This document shows positions 14,446 to 25,982 of a stretch of DNA of 64,000 nt, piece by piece. Under the pieces are notes generated by a model. That model saw only the letters and a list, made by a program, of their open reading frames with translations, did no database searches and was not told the DNA's origin. A program made the position numbers and the translations under genes. Each line of letters opens with the position of its first letter. Position 1 is the stretch's first letter. The DNA is from Felis catus (taxonomy: Eukaryota), in the NCBI RefSeq assembly GCF_018350175.1, contig NC_058368.1, forward strand, positions 199,704,001 to 199,768,000, written 5' to 3'.

Positions 14446-14625
14446 GGGGCACCTGGGTTTCAGCTCAGGTCCTGATCTTACGGTTGTGGGTTCGAACCCC
14501 GCATGGGGCTCTGCTCTGACAGTGCAGAGCCTGCTTGGGATTCTCTCTTTCTCTACCTCCCTCTCTGCCCTTCCCCTGCTCTCTTTCTCTCTCTCTTTTT
14601 CAAAATAAGTAAATAAACTTAGCAA
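14446..14625 (+). mobile_element. Can-SINE with deletion in the head, inserted in an old L1M fragment (~14100-14700)
   Basis: ggggcacctgggt joined directly to ttcagctcaggtc; (CT)-rich body and A-tail. Confidence 0.85.
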
Positions 14626-14700
14626 AAATCTATTTGTTTTTTTGTGAATATAGTCACACTAGCTTTCTTCTGGTTAGTGTTTGCACACCATACCTTTTTT

Positions 14701-14734
<34 letters not shown>

Positions 14735-16051
14735 CTGATCTGCCTGCTCTCTTCTTGGGGTCTATTTTCCTGAACCAAGGTTTGGAAAGTATCTTCAAGG
14801 AGAAAGCTGGAATGAAGGTGAAGCTTACCACATGTGCTTTCCTTCCTTCAATGACCTTAGCTTTTGCAATTCAGTGCTTGCAGACAGTTGTTTACTATAT
14901 CTTTCTAGAGTTTAGATTTTTGTGAGAAGGTAAGCCTGAATCCAGCTACTCCATCGTGACCAGAATTGGAATTGTCCCATCTACTATGTAGCATCCAACA
15001 TTTTTCTTTTGCTGTCTTTCTTATTTTCTTTTTCCCTTGTGGGTTTATGCCCCCCCCCTTTTTTCTTCCTTTTACCATAATTTTTCAAGGAAGAAGATTT
15101 GTTCGTACATATTCAACCTGCCAGGTTTAATAAGAAACTCTTACCTATGTTAGGCTGAAGTTTTACCTGAAATTGGATCCTTGCACACTTGCTTGCCATC
15201 CTTCCCATCCCCCATTTTCCCTTACTTCTTAACCAATAGTTTCCTAAGATCATTTCCTTAATAAAGACATGAATCCTCATTTCAGCTTGTGCTTCCGGGG
15301 AACCAGGCCTAAGGTATTTTATTATATGGTAATATTTACCTCATCAATTAAAATGTATTTATATTTTATGACCATAGAGTTTCCATGATTATTTAAGCTT
15401 GGTTATATATTAAAGTGGATTCAAAGTTTGCCACCAATCTTTTTTCACAATGGCTTTCATTTTATTTCTTCTTTGATTAGATTTTATTTGGAAGAAGGTT
15501 TTATAATATGGTACTATGTATAATATATTTCTCCAATTCTTTCATTTTTACCTGTTGTCTTTATCGTTGAATGACAATATGTCTGAATGTGAAAGATTTT
15601 AGGCTCAGTTCTTTCCTTTAGCAGCGGTCCATGGCTTCTGACACTAAATGTTACTGTGGAGAAATCAAAAGGTAGTTCAATTTCTTCCGCTTCTAAGTAA
15701 CTTAAAAAAAAAATTCTTTTTGAATACCTGAAGAAATTGTATCCTTAAAACTCAATAAAAACAAGAAACTATTTTATTGTCCATTATGATGTTTCAGAAT
15801 TTTATTAAAATACACTGTGCCCTTAGAATCTGTAGCACAAATTCCTCCTTTATTTGGGAAAATTATCTTCTATTATGATTTAGAATTCATGTCATGTTCC
15901 TTTTGTTTAGATTTCTCATTCAGGAACACAGCTTGTCTTTATGTTCTGTGGTCTCTATACCTACCTTATATTTATTATGTTCGCTGTAATTGTTTAACCT
16001 CCTCTTTTTCTCTGTGTTCCTTATGATATGTAATAGTCTCCAGAGTTTTCT

Positions 16052-16263
16052 CTAGACCTACAGTTCAGTAAATAGCTACTAGCCATATGTGGCTATTTAA
16101 ATTTAAATTAACTGATAATATTTTAATGTAAAATTCAGTTCCTTGATTGCACTGACCACGTTTTATTTAAGTGTTCAGTAGTCACTGTGGCTACTGTATC
16201 GGATAGCACAATTATAAATCATTCCAATCATTGCAGAAAGTTCTACTGGACAGTGCTATTCTA
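16052..16263. mobile_element. MER3/MER33-like hAT-Charlie MITE
   Basis: actagccatatgtggctatttaaatttaaatt...gcagaaagttctactggacagtgct. Confidence 0.65.
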
Positions 16264-16347
16264 TACCCATATTTGAGTCTCTGCTGCTTGTTGTATTTAT
16301 CCTCTTTCTTATATATTTATTGCTTTGTTCTGTACTGGTCACATGTT

Positions 16348-16541
16348 AGAGCGAGCACATGCATGCAGGTGGGGGAGGGGCAGAGGGAAAGGGAGCTAGA
16401 GAATCTTAAGCAGGCTTCATGTGCAGCACAGAGTGCCACGTAGGGCTCAATTTCACAATTTTGAGATCGTGACCCTGATATCATGACCTGAGCCAAAATC
16501 AGGAGTCAGTCGCTTAACTGACTGAGCCACCCAGGTGCCCC
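16348..16541 (-). mobile_element. Can-SINE (tail missing)
   Basis: Ends actgagccacccaggtgcccc. Confidence 0.85.
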
Positions 16542-16878
16542 TCTGTTTTGTATTTTTAACTTATCCTTGAAGTCTTACAGAAATGTGTGTCCTGGTAAAT
16601 TCTCTCATAGTGTAAAGAACTCTGGGAGATTTTCCCTTTGCAAGGGGTTTGCTTTCTACTATATTTTTTCATCTATCATTTGCATGCTACATTTTTTCAT
16701 ATTTTAATGTTTGCTGAAATGTATTTTCCCTTGTTTTTTATACTTTGTTTTCTGTTTCTCATTTTACTGATGCTTAATGTGAAAAGATTTGTCTAAACGT
16801 ATTTATGCTGATTACAATGAGGCTGAATTCTCCTTTACCCCACCTCTATCTTTTCCCCTCATTTTATGAACAATAATG

Positions 16879-17102
16879 CAAGGGTCAGCAAATTAGGCCT
16901 GTGCTACAAATTGGCTCATCTCCTAATTTTGTAAATAATTTTATTAAAGCAGAGCCACACTCCTGCATCTATTAGTGTCACTGGCTGCTTTCCTGGTGTA
17001 ATAGCAGAGGGGGGTAGCTGTGTGACAGAGATCACATGGCTTGGGTGGGTTGTCTAAATATTTACTATCTGACCCTTTACAGAAAGGGTTTGCTGACCCC
17101 TA
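16879..17102. mobile_element. MER58-like hAT-Charlie MITE
   Basis: Terminal inverted repeats caagggtcagcaaa ... tttgctgacccct. Confidence 0.7.
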
Positions 17103-17212
17103 AGGTACAGAGAAAGAAATATCAATAGCCTGAGGGTAAGGGGTGGAGTGAGTAAAGAGATTTTTCTCAGCTAGGCCTGCATGCAGCCCCTACTGATAAA
17201 AACCAGGCTCTG

Positions 17213-17619
17213 AGTTTTTAAGAGTCTCTTATGTTTTGGCTCCCTCCCTCTCTAACCATTTTTTTTTTCTTCCCCTCCCCATGGTCTTCTGTTAAATTTC
17301 TCAGGATCCACATAAGACTGAAAACATATGGTATCTGTCTTTCTCTGTATGACTTATTTCACTTAGCATAACATCCACGTTCCATCCACGTTGCTACAAA
17401 AGGCCATATTTCATTGTTTCTCATTGCCACGTAGTATTCCATTGTGTATATAAACCACAATTTCTTTATCCATTCATCAGTTAAAAACTGAGAACAAACT
17501 GAGGGTTGATGGGGGGTGGGAGGGAGGGGAGGGTGGGTGACGGGTATTGAGGAGGGCACCGGTTGGGATGAGCACTGGGTGTTGTATGGAAACCAATTTG
17601 ACAATAGATTTCATGTTAA

Positions 17620-17666
<47 letters not shown>

Positions 17667-17679
17667 CATTAAAAAAAGA
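17213..17679 (+). mobile_element. Short LINE-1 3' end with 5' inversion
   Basis: Antisense L1 segment 17213-17482 joined to a sense 3' end 17481-17677 with an (AAT)n tail; flanking repeat caggctctg at 17204-17212 and 17680-17688. Confidence 0.88.
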
Positions 17680-18443
17680 CAGGCTCTGTTCTCTCTTGCA
17701 GTTTTATTAAAGGTCTTCATCTGGCTTAACTTCATAATTCCCAGGATATCCCTTTACAACCAGGGATGAAGTTGGGCTTCAGGTCCTCCTCAACTTCTAG
17801 TTGGATTTGGGCATCTGGAACTTGTGCCACTTTTAAGGAGAGGCATCCCCACTTGTGGTTTTACCTTGTATTCAGGCAGTGGATTCTACTTTCAAATTGC
17901 TCACAGTTGTGTGATGGGTGAGGTTGGCTCTCTTCTTGAACACCTTTAAGACAAGGGTTCTGGGCTCAGCCTCTTCCTGCTCCTGCAACTGCCTCAGATC
18001 AGTATTTTTTTTTTTTTTTAATGTCTGAAGGGATGGGTTTCCTATTTTTATAAAGATTTTTGATTCACCGACTCCCCTTTGGTAAGATTTTTCAAATTAT
18101 TGCTTTCCTCAGTTGGCCCTCTTAAAGAGTATTAAGCAAGTGAGTATTAGGAGCTCTCTAGAGCTTACACCATGCTCCTTAAAAGAGCCTTGTATTTTTC
18201 ATTGGCTAACAACCCCTGTGTGGTGTCTCTATTTTTTTTTTTAACTATTTGTTGTGCATATCTTAGATTACGCAGAAATGAAATTCGGAGATCTGGTTTT
18301 GGTTTTCCTCTGCCACCTTAAACTGACAGATTGGATTGTATATTGGTTTTAGAATATGTTCAGTGAAAAGCTGACCATTTGCAAAAAGCTCTTTTGTATT
18401 TACTTTCCACATATAATGTGAAGGATTTGCAAGTGGAATACCT

Positions 18444-18460
18444 AACCACAAGGGGGCGTG
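18444..18460 (+). promoter_or_regulatory. Candidate CTCF site
   Basis: AACCACAAGGGGGCGTG matches the CTCF core. Confidence 0.55.
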
Positions 18461-18739
18461 ATTTTTTGACTTTCATTTCTTTGAATAAACTAACACCGTG
18501 TATATATATAGTGTATGGCTGGGTTTTATGTTTTCACTGAAAGCAACCAGTGACTATAATTACACAGAAGAGTGTGATACGTTGTGAATAATTTCATTCA
18601 ATTGCAAAACTGCATCAACAATATTTTGTATACCTACAAGGTGCAAGGTACCCATTAGTTGGGCAACCTGTTAAAACAAGTATCTCCAGATGACTTTATG
18701 TTGAACTAGGCTTTCAAAAAATAACTACCACATTATTAA

Positions 18740-19025
18740 TTTAAAAAAAAGTTTATTTATTTTGTTTGAGAGCGAGCGAGCAGGGGAGGTGCAGAGAGAG
18801 GATGAGAGAATCCCAAGCAGGCTCTGTGCTAGTAGTGCAGAGCCCAATGAGGTGCTTGAAGCCATGAACAGTGATATCATGACCTGAGCTCAAACCAAGA
18901 GAAACCAAGAGTTGGACGCTTAACCCACTGAGCCACCCAGGTGCCCCTGCATGGTCCATTTTTATTTTTTTAATTTTTTAAAATGTTTATTTAGTTTTGA
19001 GAGAGAGAGACACAGCGTGAGCAAG

Positions 19026-19069
<44 letters not shown>

Positions 19070-19179
19070 AACCGAAGGTATTAGCACAGAGCCCACCACA
19101 GGGCTCAAACTCACGAACTGTGAGATCATGACCCGAGCAGAAGTCAGATGCTTAGCTGACTGAGCCACCAGCTGCCCCC
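18740..19179 (-). mobile_element. Two tandem Can-SINEs (18740-18947 and 18959-19179)
   Basis: Two reverse-complement SINE heads and tails separated by ~11 bp. Confidence 0.9.
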
Positions 19180-19640
19180 GTTTGTTTTTAAATGAGAAGT
19201 TCAAATACCACCAAAAATATATTAAAGTTATTAGTCAAGTGTCTACAGATCTCAAACCACACAGTTGAAACTTCCTCAGATATTTTCACTTTTCACAAGT
19301 TCCATGCATATGGACTCAGACCTGAAAATCTATTCCTTCTATTTTTTTAACATAGTATATGAATATAGTCTTCAACTTGTTTAAAGTCACTGAAGGAAGT
19401 AGCATTTCATGAGGAGTTCCTGATAATGGGGTAAAATACATGACCAGATACCTAGGACTAGATACTATTTAACAGCTGAAAATTATGACAGAAAATATTT
19501 GGGAAAAATAAGTAATTATCTCACATAATTAAAAAGTCCATGGATAAGGCTTCATTGGTTTCCTTTTTAAACTTATTTGTGCTCAGCCTCCTCAAAATGG
19601 CTCTGAGCAGATGCAGAATCATATCTTTAAGTGTGTGTAC

Positions 19641-19864
19641 GGGGCACCTGGGTGGCTCAGCCGGTTAAGCATCCGACTTCAGCTCAGGTCATGATCTCAC
19701 CGCCCATGAATTCGAGCCCCTCACCGGGCCCTGTGCTGACAGCTCAGAGCCTGGAGCCTGCCTCGGATTCTGTGTCTCCCTCTCTCTCTGACCCTCCCGC
19801 ATTCATGCTCTGTCTCTCTCTGTCTCAAAAATAAATAAACGTTAAAAAAAATCTTTTTTAAAAA
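19641..19864 (+). mobile_element. Can-SINE
   Basis: Complete head, (CT)n and A-tail; imperfect TSD aagtgt(g/a)tgt. Confidence 0.92.
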
Positions 19865-19884
19865 AGTGTATGTGTCTTTGTGTG

Positions 19885-20415
19885 TAGCTTTCCACTGAAA
19901 GTAAAAATCCAAACTGGTCTTCAGGATCCCCAAGGATCTGTATGTCCAGGTTCCATTTATTCCCTTCAAAATCATCTCACCAGGCTCTCTCTCTCTCTCT
20001 CTTATTCATTCATTCATTCATTCATTCATTCATTCATTCACATTTGATTCATTCATTCATTTAACATTCAGCCACATTGGCCTCTCTGATTATTCAAACA
20101 TGCCGAGTCCTTTCCTACCCAAAGCCAGGTTGCCTCATTCCCCAGCACTGCACAAGGCTGGCTCCTCTCATCCTTCAGGTCTCAGCTCAGGTCAGGTGAT
20201 GTTCATTCCCCTCTGACCCTAACAAACCTGCTTCTTGTAGAGTTTGCTCCTTGAGCAAACCTGCTCACAAACTGTCCTTACTTGTTTTTTTTACATTTAG
20301 TGTCTTCCTAACTAGGATGTAGGCTCCATGAGGCAAAGACCTTAAGTTTATCGTTCACAGTTGTGTCCCTGGTGCTTAAATAACAATAAGCATTCAATAA
20401 ATATTTATAGAATAA
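19885..20415 (+). mobile_element. L2 remnant containing a (TTCA)n microsatellite (~20003-20060)
   Basis: aaaatccaaact...gccacattggcctc...aggctccatgagg...cattcaataaatattt. Confidence 0.6.
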
Positions 20416-20903
20416 ACAAATTACTTCTAAAAATTAAGCAACATAGAAACTTACAAAGAAGAAAGCAGAAGTATTTTCTAATCCATCCATAATTCCGCTA
20501 CCTGGATACAGTAACTATTATCACTTGGTGAATGTTATTCCATCCCTTTTCCCTGAGCATTAAAGTTCCATAGATATAATCGTTAAATGCAATAGTACTA
20601 TGTACTATTTTTCTTTATTAGGTTTTAATTTTTACTTGAATTTAACAACAAAATTACTGAGGTGAAACTGAAGGAATTACAAACCATCAGATCATGATTT
20701 ATTCACAAGATACAACTCCCCCTAAAAGATCCTTCTAAAATTCAGAAACAAGATTATGAAAAATATTCAGAGTCTTGAATCGATATTTTGTAACTACATT
20801 CCAATTTTGGGCAGTTTTATATAACTTTTTTTTTATTATGTCAATGTTATTTACATTTTATTCCATAACCATATCTCACAATTGACCTCTTTGTTTAATA
20901 ACA

Positions 20904-21100
20904 ATTTTTTAAAAAATGTTTATTTTTGAGAGACAGAGCGCCAGCAGGGGAGGAGCAGAGAGAGAGGGAGACACAGAATCTGAAGCAGGCTCCAGGCTCT
21001 GAGCTGTCAGCACAGAGCCCGATGCAGGCAGGGCTCCAACTCACGAACCCCGAGATCATGACTTGATCCGAAGTCAACTGATCGGTCACCCAGGCGCCCC
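20904..21100 (-). mobile_element. Can-SINE
   Basis: Ends cacccaggcgcccc; imperfect TSD tttaataa(c/a)aattt. Confidence 0.92.
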
Positions 21101-22059
21101 TATTTAATAAAAATTTAAATGGATTAAAATCTCATCTTCAATTGCTTTGTTTTTACTGTTAACTTCTTTAATACGGAGTTTTTAGTTTCATTATTCTTTT
21201 GATTGACTGGATTTCTGCCTGACTATAAGGATGGCTCTTGAATATTGTATTTTTTTGAGTTTTTGCAGATTTAGGAGTATTAGGCTTTGGCCTTTTACAA
21301 CACCCACGTGGCTCTATGCAACATTTTGGGCCATGCTTTTATTCTCAGCCTCTTTTAGATATCGCACCATCCTCTGGCATTAGATTTCACAGAGAAGTCT
21401 AAGGCCCTTGTCGTCATTCCCTGTTTTCTGGTTTAGCAACTTTACAGGAATATATGTTGGTGTTAGTTCTTGTCAACTTGTCCTGCTGTGGACTACCACC
21501 TGGTATCTCCAGCCTCATTTTCAATACTTCCTTGCAGGGGGCATGCCCACCTTGCCAACTGTTTGTCCTTCTATGACCTCATGATGCTGCTCTTTATCCC
21601 TCTGACTTGGCACAGGTTAATGAAATTCCCTCATCCCTATCCTTACGCTGCCATTCACTGCTACTTATTCTAGTTGATTTAGCTCAAGCATGCCTTCTCG
21701 TGAAGATTTCTAGACTACATTTCTCAGGTGACCAGCCACCTTCCCCTTTCCACCCCCATGAAATGTTACATGTACCCCTGGCATTACTTTTGGTACACTG
21801 AGTTACCATTAATGGTTAATGACTGTGTCACATCCAGCACTCTGAGTTCCAAGGGGAGGGGCGCCTAACTTATAGCCACAAAACTATGTAAGCGGTTTAA
21901 AACAGAGATCTTGTTGATTAAAAAAAAAAAATTGGAAAGGTTGAATGGATACATGGCAATTGGACACATTACTGAGCAGCTAGTAAACCGTAAAAGTGTA
22001 AATCTGATACAGTTCGAATACTCTGATAAGCTGAATGCTATGCCTTTAAGGGACATTAA

Positions 22060-22790
22060 TCGTATACCGGACGTCGGGGTAGATAACGGGTGTCAAAGTC
22101 AAACCTACAGGTGAGTGAGTGGGAAAGCCGAACTTCCATAATGCAGGTGACAAGTGTCCAGTATGGTCCGGTGTTTGCTCTCCCGCACCTCAGTCTCTCA
22201 TCTAAGAAGATGAGTTTGAACGGCCAGCCCTTCCCCCATTTGGTGATACCTACAATTGAAGCTCGCCACCCCTCCCCACCAGAGAGTAACAATTGAATTT
22301 TTCTTTAGGCAGTCCGCGCTCCAACGCAGGAAGGCGAACAGCAGCGCAGGGATAGTTTTGCGCATGCCCTGTAGGGGCGGAAAGAGCCGTCAGGTTGCGC
22401 CTGCGCTCTGGGTCGACTTTACTCCGCCTCCGCGGCCGCGGTACCGGTTCAGGGAATCCTGGCGGAATGGTGTTGCGGTGCCAGGTAAGGGTGGGCGCCC
22501 TTCCAGATGCATGAGCCCCCTTTTCTTCCCTTCACAGACCCGGCCCTGCTCAGCCGGATCCCTGCCGAAACCACCTTGGTCGAATCTTACGTCCAGGGCC
22601 GCAACCGCCACCACCAATGTGGCCCCGCCGGGCTTCGGAGGCTTTGCTTGGGCTACCTTAACGAAGGTCAAGTTCTCTCGCGAACTCTTGGTCACCGAGG
22701 TGCCGGCGTTAGAGGTTTCTAAAGGCACCCTCAGAACTTTGCCTCCATGCTTCTCAGGTTATACGTTTTGGCGAAGACAGTTTTCAAGTT
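22060..22790. promoter_or_regulatory. MOCS2: CpG island / MOCS2 promoter
   Basis: Only strongly CpG-dense non-repeat stretch in the window. It contains NRF1-like TGCGCATGCC (22359-22368) and TGCGCCTGCGC (22396-22406) and a GC box GGGGCGG (22374-22380), just upstream of the MOCS2A ATG at 22467. Confidence 0.85.
22467..22484 (+). CDS. MOCS2: MOCS2A (molybdopterin synthase sulfur carrier subunit) coding exon 1
   Basis: ggcggaATGG in strong Kozak context, encodes MVLRCQ, followed by donor CAG|gtaagg. Confidence 0.93.
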
Positions 22791-23492
22791 AAAAATGCAC
22801 TTAACTGAGAATTCTTGTAAAAAGAAAAAAAGGGGCTTCATATAAGCATTTGCAAGCCTCTGATTATTTCATAGAGAAAAATTTGCACAGTGGAACAGGT
22901 GGGTCATTTTACTTGGCCAGATTTCTTAGCTACCAGGCTGACGGCATAGGTTTGTCCTAGGAAATACCAATTTATCTGGTATTTCAAACCCACCTGCTTT
23001 TACAAATGTCCGGGTTTGTATGTTGCATAACTTAATCCTTTGCAGCTGGGTTCAGTGTAATGTGGACTTGAATCAAAGGTCCTATGACAACTGTGAAAGA
23101 CGTGTCTCGCTTTTTTTTTTGTTATTTATTTGTGTAATTTATCGCTTGACTCAGACATCTGTTCACCACTAAGGGTTTATAAAAGGTGCTATAATTTTAT
23201 GTGGAATAAAGACTAACTTCATGGTTTTTGAGAAGATACCGTTAGGGTTTTAGTTGTGGCAAGCTTACATTCATAAAACTAAAAATCATCTGGAAATCAG
23301 TCTGAATTGTGCTTAAAACATAAAGAGTTTTCAAAATTTGAACTTGTAGTTATACTAACATTTTTACGGATGATTTAATTTTCTCTAACTGAAAATTGGC
23401 CTTTGATTCAAGTGATTGGAAAGCAATAAAGCCCACCGAGACAGAAAAGGTCTATTATGGTTATTGTTAAAGGCATTTTCTCTCCTTTTCAG

Positions 23493-23614
23493 GTTGAAGT
23501 GTTGTATTTTGCAAAAAGTGCTGAAATTGCAGGAATTCGCTCTGAGACTATTTCTGTGCCACAAGAAATAAAAGCATTGCAGCTGTGGAATGAGATAGAA
23601 GCACGACATCCTGG
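23493..23614 (+). CDS. MOCS2: MOCS2A coding exon 2
   Basis: Acceptor ccttttcag|; 122 nt encoding VEVLYFAKSAEIAGIRSETISVPQEIKALQLWNEIEARHP(G), a MoaD/ThiS-like N-terminus; donor GG|gtagtt. Confidence 0.95.
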
Positions 23615-24791
23615 GTAGTTAAAAATTTTAGAATGCTTATGATTAACAATTTTTAAATATTTAAAAATGAGTAAATGATTAGAGAAAAAAAGCTGATTTT
23701 TATTTCCATGCACAATTCAGAAAGGATCATTAGTTGTATTTTTCTGCAACTACAAAAATCTTAAATTCTGGTATCTAAAAATGCATAATTTCTTAAGGTT
23801 AAAGGTATTTTACTAAAAAATCCACAGTGAGCTGGGATACTGCCAAAGGGACATGATTATATTTGCCTATATGATTTACAAAATACTAAAAATGTGGATT
23901 CTGAATTTTTATAACATTAAATGAGATTGTTACAAATTAGGTTGAAAATGTGTGCTTTGAATTTTATGTCCTGCCCCTTCTTTAGAGAACTCAAAGTAGA
24001 AATTTCTAAGATTAAAAGAAAAATGAAAGATCACAGACCTTAGCTACTGTTGAATTTGAGTTTTTGCAATGTTTAATATTTTTCTGGTTCTTGAAAATGT
24101 GTAATTTACTGCTGTGGTTCCTACCTCAAGTCCTTTTTGCAACAAAATGTAATTACAGCTTATTTAAAGGTGTTCTAGGAATATTTTGTCATTTAAGTCT
24201 GGAAAGATTTTTAACTAGGAAGTCTTAGTGTAATATAAAAGATACTCCAAAGTGTGGGTTTATAAGAGAAAATTACTTCTTGATTTCATGTCTTTTAACT
24301 TGCTCTGAAAGTGTCCTGATAATCATTGAAATGAGGTGGGGCTTCTGTTCTGCTTTACTTTTAACCTTTTACCTCTTGAGAGACACCTGGTTTTGTAGGA
24401 AAATTCTGAGATACACTTAGTATACTTGTATACTCAGAAGATCTCCTGGGGAGGGCACGTACTGATTAGAAAATTTCTTTTTCTCTCTCTTTTTTTTTTT
24501 TGACCTGGTCTCAATGTTGTCTAGTATTTTGGGGGGAGGGGGGTTGGTTTAACTCCCCAAGGCACATAATCTCCATTAAAGAATTGTTAGCATTTTACTG
24601 TGTACTTTGTGGTGAATAAGTAGGTTCTTCAGTGAGTATGTACTTTCTCTGCAGAGTGTGAATTGGCTTAATTAGTAACTTTGCAGGTGATGCCTCATGA
24701 AGTAATATTTATGGCTATTTTTAGTTGCAGCTGAAGAGATTGGAGATCTAACACTGCATTGATACTTCCAATTACGCTTTTTCCCCTTCAG

Positions 24792-24918
24792 ATTGGCTGA
24801 TGTCAGAAATCAGGTGATATTTGCTGTTCGTCAAGAATATGTCGAGCTTGGAGATCAACTCCTCCAGCTTCAGTCAGGAGATGAAATTGCCATTATCCCC
24901 CCCATTAGTGGAGGGTAG
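24792..24918 (+). CDS. MOCS2: MOCS2A coding part of exon 3 (to stop)
   Basis: Acceptor ccccttcag|; encodes LADVRNQVIFAVRQEYVELGDQLLQLQSGDEIAIIPPISGG then TAG. The C-terminal Gly-Gly is typical of MoaD-family sulfur carriers; spliced total is 88 aa. Confidence 0.96.
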
Positions 24919-24945
24919 TACTCTTGAGCCACTTGGGTGTGTGAG
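24839..24945 (+). CDS. MOCS2: MOCS2B (molybdopterin synthase catalytic subunit) first coding segment, +1 frame in exon 3
   Basis: ATG at 24839 inside the MOCS2A ORF encodes MSSLEINSSSFSQEMKLPLSPPLVEGSTLEPL. The exon ends at 24936 (GG|gtgtgt) or 24945 (AG|gtatgt); both are in phase with exon 4. Confidence 0.9.
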
Positions 24946-25924
24946 GTATGTTTTTCTTAACCAGTCTTGCGGAGAAGGATCACAAAGACGATAGTATACT
25001 CTTGGTAAGTCTGCCTACACCAATAAAGAGTTGGTGCAGACAGACCTGTGCATACCTGCCTTTCATCTCTGCATCTGTTCTCTTGTAAGCACTTTAATAT
25101 AAAGTCAGTTTGATATGTTCATTCTGTTGAATTCAGATGGTTTATGGAAACTATGTGTGAGGCACAGTGCTGGATGCTGGAGTATTAATATTCCTATTTT
25201 GCAGGAAGGAAAACTGAAATTCAGAGAAGTTAAAAAACTTGTCTACACTCACATAGCTAAGAGGTGGCAGAGCCAACATTTGATTTCAGATTATTGGATT
25301 CTCTGTACTTTTTCACAAAGATGCTTATTAATGCAGGAAAATAGCCCTCTTGGGCACAGAGAAATGTGGAAAAATTGCATAGCCAGAAAGTGAAAAGATC
25401 ACTGTGCTTAGTAAGAAAGCTTACCATTTTCCAGTTAGAAAGAAACAGCTTTATTATGATAGCTGTGTTGCAGGTAGCTCTGGGACCCATTGCATCTTGC
25501 CATCTTTACAAATAATCTAGAAATTAATGATTATTTTCAATTAAAGAGTTTTGGCGAGTTAGGAATGAAAGAAAGCTTTCTTAGTTTAATAGGGCTTTTC
25601 TCCAGAGTCAAGAGTAAATACCATACTCATTGGCAAAATCTTGGCCTCACTAAAGAACGAAGCGTACCCAGGATGCCAGTTTTTTTTTTCTCCACTTTGC
25701 TGGAGAGCAGTGCCCCAAAAGTGAGGAATATATATTGCAAAGCAAATTGCCCACAATACTGATAAAGACTGGGTCTTTCTTAGTCCTACTGTTTGGAAAT
25801 AATGGAATTTCTTGATTTGTATCTCAGTTTTACTTGGAAACTGGTCACCATATCACTACCATGATTTTAGAAAAATGCCATTTTTCAGAGTTTGGAATTT
25901 ATTCAGAAACAGTATGCTGCCATT

Positions 25925-25928
<4 letters not shown>

Positions 25929-25976
<48 letters not shown>
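25929..25976. repeat. (TG)24 microsatellite
   Basis: Direct reading of the sequence. Confidence 0.95.

Positions 25977-25982
<6 letters not shown>

Noticed and set aside
22256..22792. 178-aa, 112-aa and 71-aa ORFs over the promoter
   Set aside because: GC-rich CpG-island DNA is poor in stop codons; no recognisable protein; the true coding part here is the 18-nt MOCS2A exon 1.
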